Source: Bacteroidia bacterium (GTDB lineage: Bacteria; Bacteroidota; Bacteroidia; NS11-12g; UBA9320). Taken from it: a stretch of DNA of 64,000 nt. Below, piece after piece: positions 40,524 through 49,474 of the stretch. Location of the stretch: positions 128,001 through 192,000 of the forward strand of contig CBDCFW010000001.1 of the NCBI GenBank assembly GCA_965216465.1, written 5' to 3'. The translations under genes and the position numbers were made by a program. Every line of letters starts with the position of its first letter. The stretch's first letter is position 1. The notes under the pieces were generated by a model, which saw only the letters and a program-made list of their open reading frames with translations, searched no databases and was not told the DNA's origin.

Positions 40524-40584
40524 CAGTCAGTGCGAGAATGAGGGCGAGTGTGAGTAAGAACACTCACACTTCACACTCTAACTG
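40524..40584. repeat. Hairpin array element, copy D
   Basis: CAGTCAGTGCGAGAATGAGGGCGA-GTGTGAGTAAGAACACTCACA-CTTCACACTCTAACTG. Confidence 0.92.
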
Positions 40585-40587
40585 TTA

Positions 40588-40643
40588 TGGTACCCAGGGT
40601 CGGGCTCCCCAACGTTGCAGTTGGGATAAACTTCTCGCCCGAC
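40588..40643 (-). repeat. Duplicated tRNA-Leu 3' end (T-arm, acceptor strand and CCA) with a palindrome in the T-loop
   Basis: 40590-40607 is identical to 40703-40720 (18 bp). The GTCGGG/CCCGAC stem encloses CCCAAC-N6-GTTGGG. Confidence 0.85.
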
Positions 40644-40666
40644 TTTAGAATTCAAATTTTCGCCAT

Positions 40667-40696
40667 AAAAAAAGCTGACCTAGAAGATCAGCTTTT
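40667..40696 (-). terminator. Intrinsic terminator after tRNA-Leu
   Basis: AAAAGCTGA/TCAGCTTTT stem with a U-tract on the minus strand. Confidence 0.75.
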
Positions 40697-40703
40697 CATT
40701 TTG

Positions 40704-40785
40704 TACCCAGGGTCGGGCTCGAACCGACACGTCTTGCGACATTGGTGTTTGAGACCAACGCGTCTACCAATTCCGCCACCTGGGC
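40704..40785 (-). tRNA. tRNA-Leu (anticodon CAA)
   Basis: GCCCAGG/CCTGGGT acceptor stem, GGAATTGGTAGAC D-loop, TTGGT-CTCAAAC-ACCAA anticodon arm, long variable arm, GGTTCGAGCCC T-arm. Confidence 0.96.
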
Positions 40786-40864
40786 ATGAAAGGACGTTTA
40801 CGTCCTTGAGCATACAGACCTAAGCGTCTGCACCGATTCAAGACCTACAACCAGGTTTCTCAAA

Positions 40865-41395
40865 TCAGGCTGCGAATGTATTTAGACTTTCTCTTATTCG
40901 CAACACATACTTTAACTTTAAGTATGTTTCTTTAACTTTTTCTAAAATTTCTTTTCGAGCTTCACTTCCAACTTCCAACTTATCAGCCTCTCCCGCCCTA
41001 TTCGCTAACTCCAAATTCAATTCTTCTTCCAACTGCCTTACCTCCATCAATACTTCATCTTGCTTCGCAGCATCAGGATCCATTTTTAAATCCATAATAT
41101 CCTCATTGATGTCCATCATCTCCATTAAAAAGCTTTGCGGAATAGCATTCTGTGCCTCTTGAAGCACCTCATTAAGTTTTAGAATGTAATTCACTCTCGA
41201 GCTGAACTTGCTTAACGCCTTGAATGCCGAATTATTGGTACTCGTCGTTTCTAAAGCCTGCTCATACTTCGCTTCATCATCAATAACAAAATCAGGGTGA
41301 TGCTCTTTACTAATCTTAAAGAATAGCTGTTTTAACTCAGCTTCATCCAAGAAGAATTGCTCTTCTATACCATAAAACTGAAAGTAGTTCATCAA
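40865..41395 (-). CDS. hscB: Fe-S co-chaperone HscB
   Basis: NYF, J-domain HPD, FLMEMMDINE. Confidence 0.88.
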   Translation of the reverse strand: MMNYFQFYGIEEQFFLDEAELKQLFFKISKEHHPDFVIDDEAKYEQALETTSTNNSAFKALSKFSSRVNYILKLNEVLQEAQNAIPQSFLMEMMDINEDIMDLKMDPDAAKQDEVLMEVRQLEEELNLELANRAGEADKLEVGSEARKEILEKVKETYLKLKYVLRIRESLNTFAA

Positions 41396-42732
41396 CTAAA
41401 AAACGCGTTTAAGCTATCAATAAACAGTATAAAGCCCATTAAAGCAAAAAGTAGAATCATTCCAACGATTTGGAAGTAGTACATTACTTTCTCAGGCAAT
41501 GGCTTTCTTCTAACCATCTCTATCAATAAGAACAATACGTGTCCTCCATCTAAAGCCGGAATAGGTAACAAGTTCATGAAAGCTAAGACAAATGATAGCA
41601 TTCCTGTAATCTGCCAGAATCGATGCCAGTTCCATTCCGCTCCATAAATGGTAGCAATTGTAATCGGCCCGCTTAATGTTTTGGTTGGATTAAGCTTTCC
41701 TTTAATCATCTCACCAAAAGCTCTAATGTTTAAGTTCAAGGTGTTAATTCCTCTCCTGGTTCCTTCTGGGAACGATTCTAAAAAGCCAAACTTCGTGGTA
41801 ATGGTTTTACCTGCAAATTCAGAAACATCATCCATCAATATTCCAACTCTACCATTGGTATCTAGTTTGTGCTTTATCTCAATTGATTCGTTGTCTCTGA
41901 TTATACCTATAGTTACTTCTTCACCTTTGTGATTTTGAAGCTCATCCTTCATGTTATTGTGAAAAGGAGTAGCAACATCATTAACCGATACAATTTGGTC
42001 GCCTTTTTCAAAGCCAGAACTCTTAGCCTCTTCAGTTTGTGCTTCATATACAATAGACTTAATACGCTTGTCGTATAAGCCACGGCCTTTGCTTTCCATA
42101 ACCTTAGGCTTTATACTATCTGCCAGAATGAAGTCACGAATTTGACCATTATTTTCTACGGTATAAGTTAGATCTTCATCTCCTGAAAAGAAAAGTTCAG
42201 GCTTACTAAATTCACGGTATTTTTCAAGCTTCTCACCGTTCAATGCGATAAGTTTATCTCCTTCTTTGAATCCTGCTTGAACTCCTAATTCGGTAGGAAC
42301 AATTCCATTCACATTAGCTACTTCTGTTGGTAACCATGTATCTCCATAGTGCCATAGTGATAAGGCGAAAATTAATATTCCTAAAAAGAAATTAACCGTT
42401 ACCCCACCAATCATAACAATCAAACGCTGCCATGCTGGCTTGCTTCTAAATTCATAATCTTCAGGTTCTGAAGCCATTTGCTCTTTGTCAAGGCTTTCAT
42501 CTATCATTCCTGAAATTTTAACATAGCCTCCAAGTGGCAACCATCCAATACCCCATTCGGTGTCGTTTACCTTCTTGCTGAAAAGCTTTACTCCCCAAGC
42601 ATCGAAGAAGATGTAGAATTTCTCAACACGTATACCAAAAGTACGTGCTGCGATGTAATGCCCCCATTCATGCAACGATACTAAAATAGCTAACGCTAGT
42701 ATCAGTTGCCCTGCCATGATTAATGTTCCCAT
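41392..42732 (-). CDS. rseP: RIP metalloprotease RseP
   Basis: HEWGH, PLGGYVK, PDZ domains, NLLPIPALDGG. Confidence 0.95.
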   Translation of the reverse strand: MGTLIMAGQLILALAILVSLHEWGHYIAARTFGIRVEKFYIFFDAWGVKLFSKKVNDTEWGIGWLPLGGYVKISGMIDESLDKEQMASEPEDYEFRSKPAWQRLIVMIGGVTVNFFLGILIFALSLWHYGDTWLPTEVANVNGIVPTELGVQAGFKEGDKLIALNGEKLEKYREFSKPELFFSGDEDLTYTVENNGQIRDFILADSIKPKVMESKGRGLYDKRIKSIVYEAQTEEAKSSGFEKGDQIVSVNDVATPFHNNMKDELQNHKGEEVTIGIIRDNESIEIKHKLDTNGRVGILMDDVSEFAGKTITTKFGFLESFPEGTRRGINTLNLNIRAFGEMIKGKLNPTKTLSGPITIATIYGAEWNWHRFWQITGMLSFVLAFMNLLPIPALDGGHVLFLLIEMVRRKPLPEKVMYYFQIVGMILLFALMGFILFIDSLNAFFS

Positions 42733-42833
42733 GTATCCTTTTTATTTGGCTGCGAAAATAGCCTTTTAAAGCTTATTCTATTGCAGTATTAATTCCTAAT
42801 TGATGAATTGCTAATTTTTGCCGCTAAAGCCCC

Positions 42834-45374
42834 TTATTCTGCCAATTTAATGATTTTTTTAACCACCTCATCATCGCCCTGTTTCAAGCGAATGTATAAG
42901 ATGCCATTCGTTATTCCACCGAGGCTCAGTTCGTATTCTGCTGCACTTTGTACTTCTCTTTTAATCAAGGTCTGACCCAAGTTATTGTACACTTCAACCT
43001 CAATGTTGTTTTCATTCGATTCATCGAACTTCAATATCACAAATGAACTCGCTGGATTTGGAACAACATCCAATGCTGTAGATTCTGGAATTTCAACGTA
43101 ATGCATGCTTGAATCTATGTTTTGTACAACCCATAATCCGCCACTCACACTTCCAGCCCATAGCTTTTTGTTCGAAGTAACATTTGGGTCAATCATGAGT
43201 GTACGTGTTCTTCCTCCAACATTACGTGGACCTCTTTCTGTCCATGTGATGTCATTATTTTCATCGGCAATACCCGTAAAAATTCCTCTTCCGTGGGTGG
43301 CTGCAACAAACTTATCATCGCTAATACGTGAGATCAGCTGGTCTACTCGAATATTGGGTAGTCCACTGCTATTATCTCTCCAAACCGTGTTCTCTCCATC
43401 CAATTTATCGGTGGAGTACACACCCAATTCAGTTGCTACGTGAAACACGTCAGAACTTCCATTCTTAAAGCAACCCCAACGCACTGGAATGTTTGGTAGA
43501 TTTCCTTCACAACTGACCCAATCTGGATCATCTGCATATGCGTTGTGAGTCTCATAAACGCTTATGATATCGTAATTACTATATATCACCACCAAGTGGT
43601 TTGAATCTTGATCATCAGGAACGATACAATTCAAGAACACATTTGCAGAAGGAAGCTCCGCATTGCCATCCAGCTGAACTGCTCTATTGTTAGCATCTCC
43701 ATTCCAAACATTATCTACTCGAAAAGGAAAATTTAAGCGGCCAACAAAAGCAGTATTTTTTGCCAGTCTTGAAGTGGCTACGGTTGTAATCACTCCAAAG
43801 CGATTTGAAACCTGTTTCCACTCTTCTTTTTTTGCTGTTCTCGAATTAAACAATGCCCACAATCCAGCATTGGTTGCTTGATAGATAATTTGCGGATCGT
43901 TCACATCCATATGAATCTGATTGATAAATTGAGTGTTCCCATTTCTTCCATCTTCAATATATGGATTAGTGATGGTGTCAACATTATTACCGTGCGTTCG
44001 ATACATTCTTGCATACTGTGTTGTAGAATACAAGTATTCACCGTTTTCTTGGTCTATCGCACAGAAACTTCCGTCGGCATATGAAACACGTTTAAACTCA
44101 CTTATACCGTTTCCTGTAGAAGCAAAAGAACCATTGTCTTGCATGCCTCCCATTACCAGATTGTTATCTTTTTGAGGAGCAATTGCACATGCATAATACT
44201 GTGACGTATTGTAATTCAAATTGAGGTCTAGAAACAATGGAGTATCTGCCGTAAAGTTATTCGACTTCCATACACCTCCGTCGTTAGTAATGTACACCGT
44301 GTCTGAATCTTGGAAGATAAAATTATGTTGGTCTACGTGCACATATTGCAAATTGTACTTATTGTGGCGCCTGCTGCCTTCAAACATCTGTTGCCACGTG
44401 TTTCCTCCATCTTGTGATCGATGTACGTTGAACCCTCCAACAATTACGACATCTTCATTTGCTGGATCAACTTGAAGAATCAAGTCATACCATGCTTGCA
44501 GTTTGGCAAAACTGTCATTTCCTCCAGGCTTCGGAAGCTCAAACCAATTCTGTCCTTTGTCAGTCGTTTTATAAATTGGATGAGTTAAGCGATCGCTTGG
44601 TCGATAGCCTGTTGCATACATCACTTGAGCATTGCTCGGTGCTGTAGCCACCTCGATTCGTCCAATGTTACTTGTTGGAAATCCATTTGAAATTTCCTGC
44701 CAATCGTTTAAGTCTCCGGTTGAAGATATATAAATGGCATCTCCTGAAGTTAAAATCCCAAAAGCCACAACAATATCGTTATCAGCCGTAAGCTCTAAAT
44801 CCACAGCGGCATCGCGGGAAGATCCCATGTTTCTATAGATTACTTTTTCCCAAGTTTCACCACCATCTTGTGAACGAATCACACCGTCATTCGACGTAGC
44901 AACGTAAACATCACTGGTTACAGGATGAACAATCATATCCTGACAGAAATAGAAACTATCATTTGCCGTTGATGGCAATTGGCTCCATGATTCTCCAGCA
45001 TCTGTACTTTTCCAGATTCCTGCACCGCGGGCCGATCCGATATTCATAAACCCTTCTCCAGTTGAGAAGTAATACACTTTGGTATTGTTCGGATCGTGAA
45101 CGATTTGCGAAACACTTAAAGTAGCAAAACGGTCATCGACGGGAGACCATGTGTTTGGATAATACTTTGTCGCTTTGTTTTTATAGATGTCTCCCATAGT
45201 GCGAGGAAGATATTGATGCAATAGGTGACTCGGAACATCACCAGTTATTGGACTTTTAATTCTTTCAACATCAAAAATCATCCCTCCTGGAGCCATTTCT
45301 GGCTCAGCACTTTCTTGAGAAGACTTGCATCCAAAGAATGCCAATAAAACGACTAAGTATACCAGTTTTTTCAT
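42834..45374 (-). CDS. T9SS-sorted BNR/Asp-box beta-propeller lipoprotein (VPS10/GH74-like), apparently circularly permuted
   Basis: Repeated S.D.G.TW boxes, HVDQH, GGMQDNG, ATHGRG; VPNP...YNNLGQ sorting domain. Confidence 0.85.
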   Translation of the reverse strand: MKKLVYLVVLLAFFGCKSSQESAEPEMAPGGMIFDVERIKSPITGDVPSHLLHQYLPRTMGDIYKNKATKYYPNTWSPVDDRFATLSVSQIVHDPNNTKVYYFSTGEGFMNIGSARGAGIWKSTDAGESWSQLPSTANDSFYFCQDMIVHPVTSDVYVATSNDGVIRSQDGGETWEKVIYRNMGSSRDAAVDLELTADNDIVVAFGILTSGDAIYISSTGDLNDWQEISNGFPTSNIGRIEVATAPSNAQVMYATGYRPSDRLTHPIYKTTDKGQNWFELPKPGGNDSFAKLQAWYDLILQVDPANEDVVIVGGFNVHRSQDGGNTWQQMFEGSRRHNKYNLQYVHVDQHNFIFQDSDTVYITNDGGVWKSNNFTADTPLFLDLNLNYNTSQYYACAIAPQKDNNLVMGGMQDNGSFASTGNGISEFKRVSYADGSFCAIDQENGEYLYSTTQYARMYRTHGNNVDTITNPYIEDGRNGNTQFINQIHMDVNDPQIIYQATNAGLWALFNSRTAKKEEWKQVSNRFGVITTVATSRLAKNTAFVGRLNFPFRVDNVWNGDANNRAVQLDGNAELPSANVFLNCIVPDDQDSNHLVVIYSNYDIISVYETHNAYADDPDWVSCEGNLPNIPVRWGCFKNGSSDVFHVATELGVYSTDKLDGENTVWRDNSSGLPNIRVDQLISRISDDKFVAATHGRGIFTGIADENNDITWTERGPRNVGGRTRTLMIDPNVTSNKKLWAGSVSGGLWVVQNIDSSMHYVEIPESTALDVVPNPASSFVILKFDESNENNIEVEVYNNLGQTLIKREVQSAAEYELSLGGITNGILYIRLKQGDDEVVKKIIKLAE

Positions 45375-45730
45375 CCTTTTATTTCAAATTGGGTAGCCCC
45401 TACAAATTTAATTGGTGGATTTTCCTTTACTAAATTAACCCGCCAAGTGGCATTTGGTTTTAAAGCTTTTAGGTCATCAAATATAGCCTTACAGCACTCT
45501 TCAATGAGTTTGAACTCTTGCTTCATTATTGCAATCACTCTTTCCTGAATAAATTCGTAGTTCACACTGCTCTCCAAGTCATGAAACTCCTCGTCAGCTG
45601 AAGCTGAACTTATTACTTGTACAGAGATATTGTACATCCCTCCTAATTCTCTTTCTGCTGCATACCAACCGTGATATGCTTTCACTCTGATGTTATCAAC
45701 ACTTAGAACGGTCTCTAATCGATTGCTCAT
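45371..45730 (-). CDS. folB: Dihydroneopterin aldolase
   Basis: AYHG...ER..G, VNY, LIE, K.NPP. Confidence 0.85.
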   Translation of the reverse strand: MSNRLETVLSVDNIRVKAYHGWYAAERELGGMYNISVQVISSASADEEFHDLESSVNYEFIQERVIAIMKQEFKLIEECCKAIFDDLKALKPNATWRVNLVKENPPIKFVGATQFEIKG

Positions 45731-45780
45731 TTCTAATTTGTGGGCATTAATTTTACATTTGCAAACATATTTAAAAACTT

Positions 45781-46998
45781 ATGACTGAAGGTGAAATTAA
45801 TTCGTTGAAAGAGGCAAATAAAGGCAAGGATGTTTTCAATCATCCTGATTTCTATCAAATAGACGATTTACTGAGTGAAGAACATAAGCTGGTACGCGAT
45901 AGTGTAAGAGCTTATGTGAAGCGAGAGCTCTCTCCTATTATAGAGGAATGTGCGCAGAATAATTATTTCCCTTCACACATTGTAAAACAACTGGGTGAAA
46001 CAGGATGCTTCGGCCCACAACTACCTATTGAATATGGTGGTGGCGGTTTAGATTATATAAGCTACGGACTAGCTATGCAAGAGTTAGAGCGATGCGATAG
46101 TGGAATCCGCTCTACCGCTAGTGTTCAAGGATCACTCGTTATGTATCCGATTCACTTATTTGGTAGTGAAGAGCAAAAAAAGAAGTACTTGCCAGCACTT
46201 GGATCTGGTGACATGCTTGGCTGTTTCGGACTGACTGAACCCGACCACGGTTCTAACCCGGGAGGAATGACCACAAACTTTACGGAAGATGGTGATGACA
46301 TCATACTTAACGGAGCTAAAATGTGGATTAGCAATGCTCCTGAAGCAGATGTTGCTGTAGTTTGGGCTAAGGATGAAGAAGGTGTGGTACGCGGTGTAAT
46401 TGTTGATCGCGAAATGGAAGGTTTTTCTACTCCGACCACACATAATAAATGGAGTCTACGAGCAAGTTGCACGGGTGAACTTGTTTTTGACAATGTTCGT
46501 GTTCCTAAAGCTAACATACTACCTAATGTAAAAGGACTTAAAGGACCATTAACCTGCTTAAATTCTGCACGATACGGTATAAGCTGGGGTGCAATCGGTG
46601 CTGCGATGGATTGTTATGAAAGTGCTAAGAAATATGCTGCTGAACGTCATCAGTTTGGCAAACCAATCGGTGGATTTCAATTGCAGCAAAAGAAGCTAGC
46701 TGAAATGCTAACCGAGATAACAAAAGCTCAATTGGTATGCTGGAGACTTGGTGTGTTGATGAATGAAGGAAAGGCCACTCCCGCCCAAATTTCATTGGCA
46801 AAAAGGAACAATGTTGAAATGGCGATGAATATAGCTAGAGAAGCACGTCAAATGCATGGAGGTATGGGAATTACGGGTGAATACTCTATGATGCGCCATA
46901 TGATGAATCTTGAGTCTGTTGTGACGTATGAAGGCACACACGACATTCATCTACTAATCTTGGGAATGGAAATAACTGGAGAAAATGCATTTACATAA
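45781..46998 (+). CDS. gcdH: Glutaryl-CoA dehydrogenase
   Basis: GCFGLTEPDHGSNP, ARYGISWG, TYEGTHDIH; TACATTTG box at 45754-45761. Confidence 0.88.
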   Translation: MTEGEINSLKEANKGKDVFNHPDFYQIDDLLSEEHKLVRDSVRAYVKRELSPIIEECAQNNYFPSHIVKQLGETGCFGPQLPIEYGGGGLDYISYGLAMQELERCDSGIRSTASVQGSLVMYPIHLFGSEEQKKKYLPALGSGDMLGCFGLTEPDHGSNPGGMTTNFTEDGDDIILNGAKMWISNAPEADVAVVWAKDEEGVVRGVIVDREMEGFSTPTTHNKWSLRASCTGELVFDNVRVPKANILPNVKGLKGPLTCLNSARYGISWGAIGAAMDCYESAKKYAAERHQFGKPIGGFQLQQKKLAEMLTEITKAQLVCWRLGVLMNEGKATPAQISLAKRNNVEMAMNIAREARQMHGGMGITGEYSMMRHMMNLESVVTYEGTHDIHLLILGMEITGENAFT

Positions 46999-48084
46999 AC
47001 TTTTAGCTGTTTCTTTACTTTTTTATTTGGATGTCAATCAAGCAATCGACTTCCAGCCAACTACGACAACACGCCGGTAATGTTGTATGTATCTAAAGAC
47101 TTACAACACGATTCGATTGGATTCAACTTTGTTGCTGAACTGCAAGAATTAGTATACCCACGTCTACTGACAGGCGACCTTCCACTTTGGGAAAATCCGA
47201 ATAAAGAAATTATTGTATCAAAAGAACGTTTTGCTCAGATTGAGAAAGGTGCAGCAAAACCCTTTGTTCAAAGTTCGAATCTCTTTATTCATGAGATTTG
47301 GCAGATCTATAAGAAAAATTACGATTTCGCAACCCTAGGCTTTTCATTTACAGGACAATCAAAATATGGCAAGAGTATTAATTATGGATATGTTGACATT
47401 ATAGATATTCTAGATCTTTTGAAGTCAACTCCTATTCCTTCCAATGCTAATGGTTCTTCTACCCTAACATTTTGGAATGCTCTGCACAGCAAGGCGTATA
47501 ATTTTAATTTGGTTCAGTTTGGAGACGAATCGTTTAAAGAAGATCAAGTACTTGCACTGAGACTTAAACATCAAGCAATAACCAGCGACAAAGTACTCAG
47601 AGAGTTGTATCAAATAGAAGATGTGAAAAGCATTGAATATAAGGTGCTTCAACCCAATATTAACTCGAACGAAGAAAATGCAAGCTTCTATTCAACCTTT
47701 GAAAAATTTGTGAATGAAAACAAGCAAACCATTCTTAACGCTGGAGGAGATGCACACTTTGACCATTTGATGTTTGTGCCTTGGAAGATTGAAGCCATTG
47801 AAGTTGCCGAAGAATGGAGGCGATATAATAGCATAGCATTTCAACAGTTGACACGTGTAAGTTTGTTTATTGACGGGCACTCTATCACACTGAACAGCAA
47901 GCAATTGGAAGAGCTAAACATCAAAATCAACTTAAGAGGTTTAGAAGAATACCTGAGCGAAAAGTCTTTTGACTTTGTACTTCAGAAAGTAAATGATGAA
48001 GAAATCGCTCCGAACAAATCAAGATTATACTACGAGGCATTACTAAACAATAATTGGAATAATATCAAACCTACTCATGACTAG
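46985..48084 (+). CDS. Lipoprotein with possible GldN/PorN-like repeats; signal peptide frameshifted at a T6 run (47019-47024)
   Basis: Adding one T gives MHLHKLLAVSLLFLFGC in frame with ORF 47080-48084. Confidence 0.6.
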
Positions 48085-49474
48085 AATAAAATTCGGAACC
48101 GACGGATGGAGGGCCATCATCGCAAAAGAATATACTACAGACAATGTTGCCCGAGTGGCATTCGCAACAGCTCAATGGATTAAACAGAAGTCGGATAACC
48201 ATACCGCTCTTGTTGGCTACGATTGTCGATTTGCAGGCAAGCTTTTTACGGAAACAACTATTTCTGTACTTATCAAAGAAGGAATTAAAGTGTATACATC
48301 TCATGGATTTGTTTCTACACCAATGGTTTCTTTGTCTACATTAAAGCATGATGCTTTTGCAGGAATTGTTATTACGGCTAGCCACAATCCACCATCTTAT
48401 AATGGCTTTAAAATCAAAGCTAATTATGGGGGGCCTGCAATCCAATCTGAGATTGATGCCATTGAAGCATTGATTCCTGATAGTTATTCGGTAGATATTC
48501 AATCGTTCGACAAACTCATTGAACACGAGCAAGTTGAAGTAATTGATATGGAGCAAGAATATATTGATCACGTCCACGCAAACTTTGATATCGACGCTAT
48601 TAAAAACAGTGGATTGAAATTTGGATACGATGCCATGTATGGAGCGGGTCAGAATGTAATCAGAAGACTGCTTCCCGATGCGTTTTTAATGCATGCTGAA
48701 TACAACCCAAGTTTTTTGGGCCAGGCTCCTGAACCTATTGCGAGAAACTTGCAGCCTTTTGCATCAGAAATCAAGCAAAAAGGCTTATCAAGCGGATTGG
48801 CCACAGATGGGGATGCAGATAGAATTGGACTATTTGATGAGAATGGAGACTTTGTTGACTCTCACCATATTATCCTTCTGCTAATTCGTTACCTCGTAGA
48901 GTTTAAAGGTGTTAAAGGAGGAGTTTATACCAGTTTTAGCTGCACTTCAAAAATTAAGAATTTGTGTGAGCATTATGGCTTAGATCACAATGTAACCAAG
49001 ATCGGGTTTAAGTACATCTGCAAAGAGATGATTGAGAACGAAAGTTTGCTCGGAGGTGAAGAAAGTGGCGGAATTGCGGTAAGCACTCACATCCCAGAAC
49101 GTGACGGAATTTGGATGGGTTTAATCCTTTGGGAATACATGGCAAAAACAGGCAAACTTCTCAGCGAACTGATTCAAGATGTGTATGATTTAATTGGTTC
49201 ATTTGCTATGGATAGATACGACCTGCATGTACCTGAAGATCAGAAATGGGCCATTATTGAGAAGTGTAAAAATAATGAGTACGGAAGCTTTGGTCAGTAT
49301 GAAGTAACCGGAACCGAAACGGTTGACGGATATAAATTCTTACTTGAGAACGACACTTGGGTTATGATTAGACCAAGTGGTACGGAGCCTCTTTTAAGAG
49401 TATACGGACAAGCCGCAAATGCTACGGATGTAATCGCAATTCTAGATGCTACTAAAGAGACTATATTGTCATAG
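48077..49474 (+). CDS. Phosphoglucomutase/phosphomannomutase family protein
   Basis: FGTDGWR, TASHNP, DGDADR, GGEESGG, RPSGTEP. Confidence 0.92.
   Translation: MTRIKFGTDGWRAIIAKEYTTDNVARVAFATAQWIKQKSDNHTALVGYDCRFAGKLFTETTISVLIKEGIKVYTSHGFVSTPMVSLSTLKHDAFAGIVITASHNPPSYNGFKIKANYGGPAIQSEIDAIEALIPDSYSVDIQSFDKLIEHEQVEVIDMEQEYIDHVHANFDIDAIKNSGLKFGYDAMYGAGQNVIRRLLPDAFLMHAEYNPSFLGQAPEPIARNLQPFASEIKQKGLSSGLATDGDADRIGLFDENGDFVDSHHIILLLIRYLVEFKGVKGGVYTSFSCTSKIKNLCEHYGLDHNVTKIGFKYICKEMIENESLLGGEESGGIAVSTHIPERDGIWMGLILWEYMAKTGKLLSELIQDVYDLIGSFAMDRYDLHVPEDQKWAIIEKCKNNEYGSFGQYEVTGTETVDGYKFLLENDTWVMIRPSGTEPLLRVYGQAANATDVIAILDATKETILS

Noticed and set aside
38331-40584. CRISPR array
   Set aside because: Repeats are about 61 bp and separated by whole genes (367-1275 bp) rather than 30-40 bp spacers; no cas genes are present.
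38331-40584. Canonical integron attC array
   Set aside because: The layout is similar, but the elements lack the RYYYAAC...GTTRRRY order on the coding strand and there is no IntI in the window. Kept only as an analogy.
40587-40823. 78-aa plus-strand ORF
   Set aside because: It is antisense to tRNA-Leu and its terminator, so spurious.
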